Below are positions 38,068 through 48,510 of a stretch of 64,000 bases of DNA, in pieces (within the stretch, counting starts at the first letter, position 1; each line of letters starts with the position of its first letter). A model generated the notes under the pieces. The model worked only from the letters and a program-made list of their open reading frames with translations. It had not been told where the DNA came from and ran no database searches. A program made the translations under genes and the position numbers. The DNA is from Oculatellaceae cyanobacterium bins.114. GTDB taxonomy: Bacteria; Cyanobacteriota; Cyanobacteriia; Elainellales; Elainellaceae. The stretch lies in the NCBI GenBank assembly GCA_033764315.1, contig JANRJA010000056.1, positions 1-64,000 on the forward strand. Reading direction: 5' to 3'.

Positions 38068-38100
38068 AAAGGTCAAAGTTCTTTAAGAGCTTTGACCTTT
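38068..38100. terminator. Probable bidirectional terminator
   Basis: AAAGGTCAAAGTTCT / AGAGCTTTGACCTTT inverted repeat between convergent genes. Confidence 0.6.
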
Positions 38101-38210
38101 GAGCGGCACTTAAATTAAAGAATTTCAGATTTTTCCAGCCTCACTAAACTCCTCACAATGACCGTCCGCACAAGATCCCATTAGGATGAACAGTGCCTTA
38201 CTTAATTCTC

Positions 38211-38411
38211 CTAAAGTAATATCAACACGACAAAAATCCCTGTTACTAAAAGTAGCCAAGTAGGTAATTGTCCAGCAACAGGTTCTGATACATCTCTACG
38301 AAAAGAGCAATTCAAGCAAGTGTAAATGCTACTGCCTTCTTGAACAATAGCTCGTTTACCACACTGTGGACATTCCATTGGGTGAGAATGTTCTGGAATT
38401 TGAATGATCAT
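38211..38411 (-). CDS. Small Zn-ribbon protein with C-terminal TM anchor
   Basis: CPQCG...CLNC plus hydrophobic tail; AGGAG upstream. Confidence 0.75.
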   Translation of the reverse strand: MIIQIPEHSHPMECPQCGKRAIVQEGSSIYTCLNCSFRRDVSEPVAGQLPTWLLLVTGIFVVLILL

Positions 38412-38820
38412 AATCTTCTCCTGACTTGGGTCAACAAACGAGAAAAATTCATTTCTCGTTCTATCTATTTTCTATCAATAAATTCTTGATTTATCAAGCA
38501 ATTAAATGAAGATTTTTCAACCAAAAAGCTTACCAGAAAACCTTTGTAGAATTTAGAAATATTAGGATTAAATCCAAATTTTCTCATCTATTTTAATATT
38601 CTTGAACTCATTTCAAAGATATAAAAAACCTTTTGATTCATGCTGACTTTCCAAAGACAAACCCATCTTAATAACTACTACTTAAAAACAATCAACTCAA
38701 ACTGAACTGCAAACAGAAGATATGGAATTGACATACTAAATGAACTACTGTCTGAGGACTAACAGTTGAAATCAGATTGGATTTAGACTCAATTGTTAAA
38801 AGTAGTTAACTTTAGCCAGA

Positions 38821-38870
38821 ACTGGATTGAACTGGACAAGATAGAAAAAATTAGGACAAAATCGGACGTA
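38821..38870. repeat. Five 10-bp phased direct repeats (nnnGGAnnnn)
   Basis: ACTGGATTGA/ACTGGACAAG/ATAGAAAAAA/TTAGGACAAA/ATCGGACGTA just upstream of a TATAAAAT element. Confidence 0.45.
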
Positions 38871-38923
38871 TTTAAGAAAGTCAGTATAAAATTATTTCGT
38901 GGGTGTATTTAGTAGAACTCAGC

Positions 38924-39385
38924 ATGGTACAGACAGGTTCGTCAGAGTTTTGGCAAGAAATTATCAATCGCTTCGTTGAGTTATCAGACCCTACAAAGGT
39001 GGTTTATGCCAGAGCTTTGTTGGCTTCGTTGGGAGACTATGCATTAGATGAGAATGTTGAGCGACAATTGATACCTACTACGACTAACAGCATTCTGACG
39101 CCATATGACATTGAGGAAAGATATGGCATTAATCTTAAAGATCAAGATGCCTATGGCATTTCTTTAAGGAAACGCAAAGTTATTGAGTTTTTGAAAGAGC
39201 AAGGTCGTTCTGTAAATCCCAAAACAGATCTAAAGGAAAGCAAATATCAAGTCTTAGGATCTAAGCCAGCGATTCTCGGCAATGCATCTATATTCACTTA
39301 CGCTGAAGCTTTATATATGACAAGTCATCGACGTCCGATTGCTGTCCCTCAGGTTTTAAAGGATTATTTGAATGAATCTTTATGA
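38924..39385 (+). CDS. Orphan hypothetical protein, possible DNA-binding
   Basis: 153-aa ORF in an AT-rich segment; LTPYDIEERYGINL resembles an HTH start; basic RKRK patch. Confidence 0.65.
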   Translation: MVQTGSSEFWQEIINRFVELSDPTKVVYARALLASLGDYALDENVERQLIPTTTNSILTPYDIEERYGINLKDQDAYGISLRKRKVIEFLKEQGRSVNPKTDLKESKYQVLGSKPAILGNASIFTYAEALYMTSHRRPIAVPQVLKDYLNESL

Positions 39386-39560
39386 TCCAGCAAACCGTAT
39401 TACCTGAATTTTTAGCAGATGCTCTTTACATCAAGTGATTACCGATCGTTTGAGTAACAAGCCTTTGGCAATTCTTCCTGCTCTCCACTACCGACTCCTC
39501 ATTCCCTCACTACCCACTCCCCTTATGATCTAGAGATAGAGGTTTAGAGCGCACGACATC

Positions 39561-40424
39561 ATGCCTGTTATTTGGGAGATAGATTTTTACTCACGCCCAG
39601 TGTTGGACGACCAGCAAAAAAAACTGTGGGAAGTGCTGATTTGTGAGAGTCCATTAGAGATCAATACCCGCTTAGACTCTCTATTTCACTATTCTCAATT
39701 TTGCTCTAACACCGAAGTTAACTCGGTTGTGTTATCTAAAGCCATTCAAGAAGCGATCGCCCAGGCACCTAAACCACCCGACAAAATTCGGTTTTTTCGC
39801 CGTCAAATGACCAATATGATTGCCAGAGGGTGTCAAGAAGCAGGCGTTCCAAGCTATGCCAGTCGCCGGACGTTAGCCTTAAATGCCTGGATTCAAGAAA
39901 GAATGGAGACGGTCTATCCCGCGATGCCAAATTATCAGGCGGGAACCAATCCCTCGGTCAATGCTCCCCTCAACCCACCTCAGCCTCTGCCCGATGCTTT
40001 GATTGGACAACAGTGGGCATTTGTGACACTTGAGGCAGGGGCATTTGCGGATATGCCAGAATGGAAAATCGATTTTGGTGAAGCATTTCCGCTAGAGCTA
40101 GCCAAAATTGACCCAAAAGCTTTGATTCCCGGCATTATTGTCTTTTCACCCCGAGCCTTGCCGCTAGCCGCCTGGATGTCAGGCTTAGAACTTGCCTCAT
40201 TACACCTCAGCGACGAAGCTCCTGCAAGACTGTTACTTGAGACTGGCATTAGCGATACCTGGATTCTTGCTAATCTGCCCAAACCTCAATTGAAACAAGA
40301 AGCTGAAGCCTTTGAAGTCGCCAAAAAAGAGGCTAATGGGGTTCATTTTCTGGCTGTGCAGGCTAATCCCCAGGCTGAGGAATTCACAGGTTTTTGGTTA
40401 ATGCGAGAGGTTGACTTAACATAA
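39561..40424 (+). CDS. Tab2/Atab2 family RNA-binding protein (DUF1092)
   Basis: WEIDFYSRP.LD...KKLWE, VNS..L, RFFR.QM, FLAVQ..P....F.GFWL. Confidence 0.93.
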   Translation: MPVIWEIDFYSRPVLDDQQKKLWEVLICESPLEINTRLDSLFHYSQFCSNTEVNSVVLSKAIQEAIAQAPKPPDKIRFFRRQMTNMIARGCQEAGVPSYASRRTLALNAWIQERMETVYPAMPNYQAGTNPSVNAPLNPPQPLPDALIGQQWAFVTLEAGAFADMPEWKIDFGEAFPLELAKIDPKALIPGIIVFSPRALPLAAWMSGLELASLHLSDEAPARLLLETGISDTWILANLPKPQLKQEAEAFEVAKKEANGVHFLAVQANPQAEEFTGFWLMREVDLT

Positions 40425-40570
40425 CCCCGACTACTGAGGTATGGCTGACGGATGCGCACCTTAACCCAAATTTTGGGTTGCACTCCAGATTTCAATGAAG
40501 ATAACCCTAGCGCAATGTACCCTAATCCCTGAAGATGATTTAAGGATGTCTGACCTCTAACCTAGGAATT

Positions 40571-41881
40571 ATGGCTTCTGACAATTCGCAACAAGCAGCA
40601 CTGGCAGAGCAACTGTTGGAATTAGCTATGCAGTCAGGGGCAGAGGCAGCGGAGGTTTTTCAATCGCAGTCTTTGTCACGACCTGTTTTTTTTGAAGCCA
40701 ATCGGCTGAAGCAACTAGAGAGTTCTCAAGCAGAGGGAATTGCCTTGCGGCTCTGGCGCGAGGGTCGCCCAGGGCTGGCAGTCGCTTATGGCCCTGTTGC
40801 TCCCCAAGCTCTCGTCGAAAGAGCGATCGCCCTCAGCCATCTCAACGATGCTGAAACGATCGAACTCACCGCCTCTACTAAAGCGGTCTATCCTGACTTA
40901 GGAGAAGCTGTCTCAGTCGAGCAACTAGTCGAGTGGGGCAAAGAGGCGATCGCCTTGGTGCGCCAGTCCTACCCCGAAACCCTGTGCTCGGCAGAATGGG
41001 AATGTGACGTCGAGACCACACGCCTGATTAACTCTAAGGGGCTGGACTGTGGGTATACCGACACTACCCTGAGTTGTTTTTTGGCGGCTGAGTGGGTGCG
41101 CGGCGATGACTTTTTGAGTGTCTCCGATGGGCAAACTCAACGAGGTCAGCTTGACCCAGTCGCCCTGGCGCAACAAATTTTGCAACGGCTCCGTTGGGCC
41201 GAGACTAATACGGCTCCCGCCACGGGCAGAGTGCCTGTGATCTTTACCGCTAAGGCAGCCGACATGTTGTGGGGCACGGTGCAAGCCGCTTTGAATGGCA
41301 AACAAGTCATTGAGCGAGCATCTCCCTGGAGCGATCGCCTGGGTGAACCCGTCACAGCAGCGGCTCTAACCATCTCGCAACAGCCTGATGCTGGCCCCTT
41401 TAGTTGCCCCTTTGATGATGAAGGCTCTCCCACCCAACCCATCACGTTTATCAAAGATGGCGTATTGCAATTGTTTTATACCGATCACACGATTGGCAAA
41501 GCATTGGGCAGTGGCACGACAGGCAACGGGTTTCGTCCTGGTCTTGGCAGCTACCCCACTCCAGGCTTATTCAATTTACTGATTCAACCTGGGTTTAAAT
41601 CTCTCACCGAGCTGATCGGCTCTCTCAAACAGGGCATTGTAGTTGATCAAATGCTAGGTGGAAGTGCCAGCATTTCTGGAGAATTTTCAATCAATGTGGA
41701 TTTGGGGTATCGAGTCCACAATGGCGAAGTGATTGGACGGGTAAAAGATACAATGGTCGCGGGTAATGTCTACACTGCCCTTAAAAACTTGATAGAACTG
41801 GGTGAAGATGCAGATTGGAATGGCTCTTGCTTTACCCCATCAGTGATTGTGGAAGGATTATCAACCACAGGTAGAGCCTGA
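40571..41881 (+). CDS. pmbA: TldD/PmbA family protein (PmbA-like)
   Basis: AEAAEV, PFDDEG, G.TTGNG.R, SGEFS, KDTMVAGN; no HExxxH motif seen. Confidence 0.88.
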   Translation: MASDNSQQAALAEQLLELAMQSGAEAAEVFQSQSLSRPVFFEANRLKQLESSQAEGIALRLWREGRPGLAVAYGPVAPQALVERAIALSHLNDAETIELTASTKAVYPDLGEAVSVEQLVEWGKEAIALVRQSYPETLCSAEWECDVETTRLINSKGLDCGYTDTTLSCFLAAEWVRGDDFLSVSDGQTQRGQLDPVALAQQILQRLRWAETNTAPATGRVPVIFTAKAADMLWGTVQAALNGKQVIERASPWSDRLGEPVTAAALTISQQPDAGPFSCPFDDEGSPTQPITFIKDGVLQLFYTDHTIGKALGSGTTGNGFRPGLGSYPTPGLFNLLIQPGFKSLTELIGSLKQGIVVDQMLGGSASISGEFSINVDLGYRVHNGEVIGRVKDTMVAGNVYTALKNLIELGEDADWNGSCFTPSVIVEGLSTTGRA

Positions 41882-42204
41882 GCTGTCACAATAGAGGCAA
41901 GGGTGCAAAACCGAACCTTGCCCCAGACAGCATCTACCTAATCTTAAAGATTAAACTACAGTGCTAGTTAATTTGAAGGTATTCAGCGAGAACAGGGCAA
42001 CCTCTCCTTAGAAGCACTTCATCTTGTCAGAAATGACGTAGGAAGTCAGAGATTATTAAGCAAAAACAATGAAGCAAAATAATCAGGTAGAGATTAATCT
42101 AAGCAATAGAGTATAAAACCAGCTTGCAAGAATTTTAACCTTCGTATTTAAGGTGGTGTAACTACGACTTCTGCTTGTACTTATGCAGCCACCCAAAAGC
42201 TAGT

Positions 42205-45200
42205 ATGAGTGACGTTCAAACCATTGAGCAAACCTATAACCTGTTAGACTACTTGCCGATTGGGGCTTTTATCCTGCGGCAAGATTTTACGGTTGCTTTT
42301 TGGAATCAGTGTTTACAAAAATGGACGACTATCACCAAACGGCGCATTGAAGGCAAAGATATTCGCGCTTATTTCACCCATTTCCAGTTTCCTGACTATG
42401 AAACCGCACTACAGCAGGTATTTAATGAGGGAACCTCAATCACCTTTGCTGGAGAACCTTATCAGCATTTGATTCCTGCCATTTTGCCAGATGGCAACCA
42501 GCGAAAACAGCACACCACTGTGACAGCCATCCCTGCTCCAGTCGGCATGGGGTTCTACGCCCTGTTTTCAATTCAAGATGTGACTGAGATTGGGTCAGAC
42601 GAGCCAGGTGATAGAGAAAAGAGTAATGCCCAATTATTAGAGGGGATGCGTCAACAGGTTGAAGAGACGCTGCAAACCCCAGAAGAACCCTTTCGATCGC
42701 TAGTTCAAAATGCCTCTGACATTATTACGATTTTGGCAGCAGATGCCACTGTCTTATATCAAAGCCCTTCTACAGAACGAATTTTAGGTTATTCCTCTGA
42801 TCTGTTTATCGGTCGTTGTGCTTTTGATTGGATGCATCCTGACGATGTTGCTAATGCTCAAACCGCATTTGAGACGTTAACTCAAACTATAGGTGCCTCC
42901 ATTTGCATTGAATATCGCTGGCGACATGCCGATGGCTCCTGGGTCTATTTAGAGTCAATTGGCAGCAATCAACTCGACAATCCCCATGTCACTGGCATCG
43001 TAGTCAATACTCGTGATATCAGCGATCGCAAAAAAATTGAAGCGGCTCTGCGGCAAAACCGCGAACAACTCAACAGCATTTTAAACTCTCTAGCGGATGT
43101 GGTGTGGTCTGTGTCTGCCGAAACGGGGGAAATTTTCTATTACAGCCCCAATGCTGAACTGCTTTATGGTCGTCCCATCTCCGAGTTCTTTGCTGACCCC
43201 AATCTGTGGCTCAAGCTAGTCCATCCAGACGATCGCCAACAAGTAGTGCTAGCTTGCCACACACTCAGACAAACCAGAGGTCACGATGTGGAATATCGCA
43301 TCCTCAGACCCGATGGAGATGTTCGTTGGGTGCGCGATCGCGCCCGTTTAATTAGCGACGACGAAGGTAATGCCATTCGCATTGACACCATCATCACTGA
43401 CTTTACAGAACGCATTCAAATCGAAGCCGCTCTGCGCCAGAGTGAAGAACGATTTCGATCGCTGGTTTCCAACCTTCCTGGAGCGGTGTTTCGCCATACC
43501 TATGACCCCAATGCTGAGCCAGTCGGAGTAGCCAAGTTTGTCAGTGATGCGATCGAACAAATTTGTGGTTATCCGGCTTCTGATTTTATCAATAACCAGG
43601 TGCGCTCCTTTTTTGACATTGAGCACCCCGAAGATATCAGCAAGCTCGATCATGCTATTGAACAAAGCCTGATTGACCGACAACCCTATGCGCTGGAATA
43701 TCGCATCATTCATGCGGATGGCAGTGTGCGTTGGGTCTATGAAAAGGGGCGTTGTATCTTGGATGAGCATGGATCGCTGTTATGGCTGGATGGTGTGATT
43801 TTTGATATTAGCGATCGCAAACAGGCAGAAGCCGCGCTAGAGCAGCAACGAGAAGAATTAACCCTGAAAAACATTGCCCTAGAGCAAGCCCGTGGCGAGG
43901 CAGAGGCGGCAAACCGTGCCAAGAGTGACTTTTTGGCAACCATGAGTCATGAAATCCGCACTCCCATGAATGGGGTCATTGGCATGACCAGTCTGTTGGC
44001 GGAGACAGACCTGACCCTGCAACAGCGCGATTTTGTTGAAACTATCCGTGGCAGTGGTGAAACGTTGTTGACCATCATCAATGACATTCTTGATTTTTCA
44101 AAGATTGAAGCAGGCAAGCTTGAGTTAGAAACCAATCCCTTTGATCTACGAGCCTGTGTAGAAGGGGCGATCGATTTGCTTGCTTCAAAAGCATTAGAAA
44201 AAGGGTTAGAACTGGCTTATGTGATCGAGCCAACTGTTCCCCAAACCATCGTGGGAGATATCACCCGCTTACAACAGATTTTGGTGAATTTGTTAAGCAA
44301 CGCCATCAAGTTTACCCATGCTGGAGAAGTGACTATTTCTGTTGTGGCTCGTCTCCTGCGACAGCAGTCTAAACAACACCAACCCAATATCTACGCCATT
44401 CGGTTTACGGTTCAAGATACAGGCGTCGGCATTCCCTCTGATCGCCTCGATCGCCTGTTTCAACCTTTCTCACAAATTGACTCCTCCATTAGCCGCACCT
44501 ACGGAGGCACCGGATTAGGATTGGTGATTAGCCAACGCCTGACCGAGATGATGGGTGGTCGAGTCTGGGTCGAGAGTGAAGTGGGGCAAGGGTCTACCTT
44601 CCATTTCTCAATTGTGGGAGAGGCTATCCAACGGAGTGCCGATATCTCTGCCGCATTAGACCCTGGCTCTGGGGTCACCTCATTTCAAGGAAAACGGTTG
44701 CTCATCGTGGATGATAACGCCATTAGTCTGCGCAATTTGGCATTTCAAGCTCAACTGTGGGGAATCACCGTCTGCATGGCAGCTTCTGGACAAGAGGCCC
44801 TGCAACAGTGGCAACAACAACCCCCGTTTGATGCAGCTCTGATTGACAGCCAACTGCCTGACATGCAAGGAACCACTCTAATCGCGGCTATTCGTGAGCA
44901 GTCTCCCCACCACTCAATTCCTCTGGTGTTAATGACTCACCTCTATCCAACAGGAAGTGATCAACCTCACCCTGCTGGAGTCAGTTCTTTAACCAAGCCA
45001 ATTCGCCAATCTCAGTTTTACACCGCTCTAATTGAGCTTTTTGGGACATCGGCTCACTCAACCGAAGCTGTGCTGCTCAAGAGCACCAAACCCAATCTTA
45101 ATCTGGCCGATCAGTCACCATTGCGCATCTTAATTGCAGAAGACAATGCGGTTAACCAAAAAGTATTGATGCGATTATTGCAACGTATTGGCTATCAGGC

Positions 45201-45882
45201 AGACATTGTCAACAATGGCTTAGAGGTGCTAGATGCGTTATCAACCCAGCGTTATGATGTGGTGTTAATGGATGTTCAGATGCCTGAAATGGATGGTTTA
45301 ACAGCCACTCAGCAGATTCATCAGCGATGGAAGCCCCATGAGCGTCCTTATATTATCGCGGTGACAGCAAACGCTATGCGGGGCGATCGCGAAGAATGCC
45401 TGCAATCAGGGATGGACGACTATTTGAGCAAGCCCATTCGACCTGACAAGCTGACCCATGCTCTCAAGCAATGTTATCAACAGGTATCTCAAAAACAGGG
45501 GGCGATCGCAGCCGTAGAAAGCTCAGCTAATGTAACCGATCAAATCATTGATCAAAGTATTTTGATCTCCTTTGGCAAAGAAATGGGGGGAGTAACCCGT
45601 GAGATCTTAGGAGAGCTAATCAACTGTTATTTAGAAGAAACCCCTAAGTTGATTAAAAGATTGAAATTAGCCAATCAACAGAGGAATATGGCTACTCTAA
45701 AAAGCGTTGCTCACACCCTTAAATCAAGTAGTGCGACCCTTGGAGCCATGCAACTAGCACGATTGTGTGAAAAGTTAGAACAGAGTCCTATCAGTGTCGT
45801 CAATCAAGATATTACTCAATTACTAACAGAGTATGAAAACGTCAAATTAGCCTTACAAAAGCAGCTGATTCAGCTAACTTAA
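42205..45882 (+). CDS. Cytoplasmic hybrid histidine kinase (4xPAS-HisKA-HATPase-REC-REC-Hpt)
   Basis: HPDD/HPED PAS-PAC repeats, MSHEIRTPMNG, NLLSNA.KFT, GGTGLGL, two receivers, Hpt AHTLKSSS. Confidence 0.95.
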   Translation: MSDVQTIEQTYNLLDYLPIGAFILRQDFTVAFWNQCLQKWTTITKRRIEGKDIRAYFTHFQFPDYETALQQVFNEGTSITFAGEPYQHLIPAILPDGNQRKQHTTVTAIPAPVGMGFYALFSIQDVTEIGSDEPGDREKSNAQLLEGMRQQVEETLQTPEEPFRSLVQNASDIITILAADATVLYQSPSTERILGYSSDLFIGRCAFDWMHPDDVANAQTAFETLTQTIGASICIEYRWRHADGSWVYLESIGSNQLDNPHVTGIVVNTRDISDRKKIEAALRQNREQLNSILNSLADVVWSVSAETGEIFYYSPNAELLYGRPISEFFADPNLWLKLVHPDDRQQVVLACHTLRQTRGHDVEYRILRPDGDVRWVRDRARLISDDEGNAIRIDTIITDFTERIQIEAALRQSEERFRSLVSNLPGAVFRHTYDPNAEPVGVAKFVSDAIEQICGYPASDFINNQVRSFFDIEHPEDISKLDHAIEQSLIDRQPYALEYRIIHADGSVRWVYEKGRCILDEHGSLLWLDGVIFDISDRKQAEAALEQQREELTLKNIALEQARGEAEAANRAKSDFLATMSHEIRTPMNGVIGMTSLLAETDLTLQQRDFVETIRGSGETLLTIINDILDFSKIEAGKLELETNPFDLRACVEGAIDLLASKALEKGLELAYVIEPTVPQTIVGDITRLQQILVNLLSNAIKFTHAGEVTISVVARLLRQQSKQHQPNIYAIRFTVQDTGVGIPSDRLDRLFQPFSQIDSSISRTYGGTGLGLVISQRLTEMMGGRVWVESEVGQGSTFHFSIVGEAIQRSADISAALDPGSGVTSFQGKRLLIVDDNAISLRNLAFQAQLWGITVCMAASGQEALQQWQQQPPFDAALIDSQLPDMQGTTLIAAIREQSPHHSIPLVLMTHLYPTGSDQPHPAGVSSLTKPIRQSQFYTALIELFGTSAHSTEAVLLKSTKPNLNLADQSPLRILIAEDNAVNQKVLMRLLQRIGYQADIVNNGLEVLDALSTQRYDVVLMDVQMPEMDGLTATQQIHQRWKPHERPYIIAVTANAMRGDREECLQSGMDDYLSKPIRPDKLTHALKQCYQQVSQKQGAIAAVESSANVTDQIIDQSILISFGKEMGGVTREILGELINCYLEETPKLIKRLKLANQQRNMATLKSVAHTLKSSSATLGAMQLARLCEKLEQSPISVVNQDITQLLTEYENVKLALQKQLIQLT

Positions 45883-45992
45883 CCCTGTGCGACTTTCCCC
45901 AGATCCCCGGTTGCTGTAACGCAAATCAGGCTACTTTGAGGATGCTGAACGAGCAACCGGGGATCTAAACCTCTAAGTTGCACATCGCGTTA
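45880..45992. repeat. Miniature inverted-repeat element starting at the kinase stop codon
   Basis: TAAC..TGTGCGACTT / AAGTTGCACA..GTTA ends with a perfect inner stem AGATCCCCGGTTGCT/AGCAACCGGGGATCT; its right part recurs at ~30661-30692. Confidence 0.65.
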
Positions 45993-46000
45993 CTTATCTC

Positions 46001-46127
46001 ATACCAATTGAAACAGTCTTTACGACAGATCATCGCCCCGAACTGATCCCCCTCAGTCCCCCTTTTCAAGGGGGATGCCGGAGGCAGAGGGATCTGATGT
46101 GTCGCATTCATAACTCAAATTGGTATC
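46001..46127. repeat. Shell-type miniature inverted-repeat element, copy B
   Basis: ATACCAATT...AATTGGTAT ends, inner CAGATC/GATCTG stem, core of CCCCC/GGGGG hairpins. Confidence 0.7.
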
Positions 46128-46244
46128 ACAACCGATTTAGGATTGCTATAGGGCAACAAGGCTTTGGCAAACTTCAACCAAAAGGTATTGGTTGAAAGTT
46201 GGCATTTTCGGGGAACATAGAACGAGCATTTCGTCTATTTCTGT

Positions 46245-47729
46245 ATGATGTCTCTAGTTGGTCAATCTCTTCAAAACGGGAAATACACTGTTGATAAAGA
46301 ACTAGGGCGAGGTGGCTTTGGGATCACGTACAAAGCTGTGAATACCGCCTTAGATCAAACGGTCGTGATTAAAGCCATCAACAACTCGCTGCGCCAAGAC
46401 CCCAATTTTGACTACTTTCAACATCAGTTTCAGAATGAGGCCAAGCGTTTAGCTCGATTTTCACACCCTAATATTGTACGGGTGAGTGATTTTTTTACTG
46501 AAGATGGTTTGCCCTACATTGTGATGGATTACGTTCCAGGCTTAACGTTAAGTCAGGTCGTGCTGAAGCTCCCCTTGCCAGAGGCAACTGCAATTCATTA
46601 CATCCGACAAATTGGGGCCGCGCTCGAAGTCGTCCATCAAAACGGGTTGTTGCATCGAGATGTGAAGCCCCAGAATATTATTTTGAGGGATGATACCAAA
46701 CAAGCTATCTTAATTGACTTTGGGATTGCCAGAGAATTTACATTAGGAGTGACCCAAACTCACACAGGCATAGTATCAGCAGGCTATGCACCGATTGAGC
46801 AATATTTGCTGCACGAAAAACGCACTCCGGCAACCGATGTTTATGGTTTAGCCGCCACACTCTATACCCTGTTGACAGCCCAGACTCCTGTGCCCTCTAC
46901 TTTGCGCGATCGCTGTCCATTGCGATCGCCGCGTGAGTTATGTCCTGAGTTGAGTGAGAGAGTCAATCAAGCTGTTTTATCGGGGATGGAGATGGAACAA
47001 CACAATCGCCCTGTGAGTGTAAGAGCCTGGTTGGCATTGTTACCGTCTCTGCCAGCCACCGATCTCGATCAGGGGTTACCCTTAGCAACCCTGCCGCTGA
47101 CCGAAAGCTCTGGTAACGATACGACTGTTGTTGCCGCGCCCAACAACCAAACTCAAGCCCGATCGCCCATTGTCTCATCTCAAGCGGCTACGATCGCTCA
47201 AGTTCCCCCATCTCCTGGGTCTAGCGATGGAGATAGAAAAAGGTATGGCTCTTGGGCAGCAATGGCACTAGTGGCGATCGCCGTTTTAGGCATTGGCATC
47301 CCCTTATGGCGATCGCTCACATCGACTTTCAATCCTCAACCCAGCCCGGTCGTATCACCTGCATCTCCGTCTCCTGCGTCGGTTGCCACACCGCAACCCA
47401 CCTCAACGCCCGATGTAATGGGGCAGCCGTCACCCAACACAACCACTCGTCCCGCTAACTCCTCGCCAACGACTCCACCAACTCAGCCACGCCCTCGTGC
47501 TACCTCTACCCCTGTGGTGCCTGTCAGTGCGCCTGCTAATGCTCCCAGTCGCACAGTGCCAAGAACAGTTGAAGCCCCACAACCTACCCAACCTGCTCGT
47601 CAGCAAGCCCAACCTACTGATAACTCACAGGAACGAGTTAGAAACCCACGACGAGAGCAAAATAATGGGAATGGCAATGGGAATGGCAATGGGAATGGCA
47701 ACGGCAACGGCAGAGGTCGAAGCAAATAG
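46245..47729 (+). CDS. Ser/Thr protein kinase (Hanks type) with TM and Pro/Thr-rich tail
   Basis: [34 protein letters not shown] helix; (NG)n tail. Confidence 0.95.
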   Translation: MMSLVGQSLQNGKYTVDKELGRGGFGITYKAVNTALDQTVVIKAINNSLRQDPNFDYFQHQFQNEAKRLARFSHPNIVRVSDFFTEDGLPYIVMDYVPGLTLSQVVLKLPLPEATAIHYIRQIGAALEVVHQNGLLHRDVKPQNIILRDDTKQAILIDFGIAREFTLGVTQTHTGIVSAGYAPIEQYLLHEKRTPATDVYGLAATLYTLLTAQTPVPSTLRDRCPLRSPRELCPELSERVNQAVLSGMEMEQHNRPVSVRAWLALLPSLPATDLDQGLPLATLPLTESSGNDTTVVAAPNNQTQARSPIVSSQAATIAQVPPSPGSSDGDRKRYGSWAAMALVAIAVLGIGIPLWRSLTSTFNPQPSPVVSPASPSPASVATPQPTSTPDVMGQPSPNTTTRPANSSPTTPPTQPRPRATSTPVVPVSAPANAPSRTVPRTVEAPQPTQPARQQAQPTDNSQERVRNPRREQNNGNGNGNGNGNGNGNGRGRSK

Positions 47730-47745
47730 CTCAGTTGCTGAAAGA

Positions 47746-48510
47746 TTAGGATGACACCTCAACCGGACAACCAGGTTGACGCCGAGCATTGAGATATTCC
47801 GTCATAATCTCGTGATATCGAGTCTGCCCAAAGACCCGATAATGCCCTGGATAAACCGTTTCCACAGGTAATGTTTGCAGCCGTTCATAGGTTTGGATGT
47901 AAGTGGGAATGTGGCTGCAATGCAATTCATCCAACAATTCACCGTCATAAACGACATCGCCTGAAAACAAGTCTTGGGTCTTGGGGTCATAGAGCGCAAT
48001 GCAACCAGGGGAGTGCCCCGGTAAATGCAACACCTCAAAAGCGCGATCGCCCAGATCTAACACATCTCCCTCATTTAAAACTTGAGTCGGTTCTGTGGCG
48101 TGCAGTTTATATTCAGTGACGGTAAACCCTTCATAGGGCAACTGCTCAAAGTGTTCTTCGAGCACCCATCCTTGCTCAGGTGTACACACTGCTTCGTAGT
48201 TATCGCCCGATCGCAGTGCCTCGGCCTCAGCAGTGTGAATGGCACGATGGTCAAACTCGTGCATGCCTCCAGAGTGGTCGAAGTGAATATGGGAAGCGAT
48301 CGCCAGTAAGGGTTTGTCAATCAATGCGGCGATGTGATGTCGTAGGCTAGACACCCCCAATCCGGTATCGATCAACAGATCCTGGTTTTGACCTTTAATT
48401 AGCCACAAATTGGCTCGATTAAACCAATAATAGTGGGGTTCTGTAATCAGATATAAGCCGTCACTGATCCGTTCAGTCGTGAACCAGCGATCGCACACTT
48501 GAATACTCAC
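47746..48510 (-). CDS. MBL-fold metallo-hydrolase
   Basis: HIHFDH, PGHSPG, SGD, PGH; GTGA overlap with the upstream SBP stop codon. Confidence 0.92.
   Translation of the reverse strand: MSIQVCDRWFTTERISDGLYLITEPHYYWFNRANLWLIKGQNQDLLIDTGLGVSSLRHHIAALIDKPLLAIASHIHFDHSGGMHEFDHRAIHTAEAEALRSGDNYEAVCTPEQGWVLEEHFEQLPYEGFTVTEYKLHATEPTQVLNEGDVLDLGDRAFEVLHLPGHSPGCIALYDPKTQDLFSGDVVYDGELLDELHCSHIPTYIQTYERLQTLPVETVYPGHYRVFGQTRYHEIMTEYLNARRQPGCPVEVSS

Noticed and set aside
38148..38158. ACTCCTCACAA resembling the Yfr1 sRNA motif ACUCCUCACAC
   Set aside because: One mismatch, and the two flanking hairpins and terminator expected for Yfr1 are missing.
39486..39522. C-rich heptamer-like run upstream of the Tab2-family gene
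   Set aside because: Ordinary degenerate short tandem repeat (STRR type) common in filamentous cyanobacteria.
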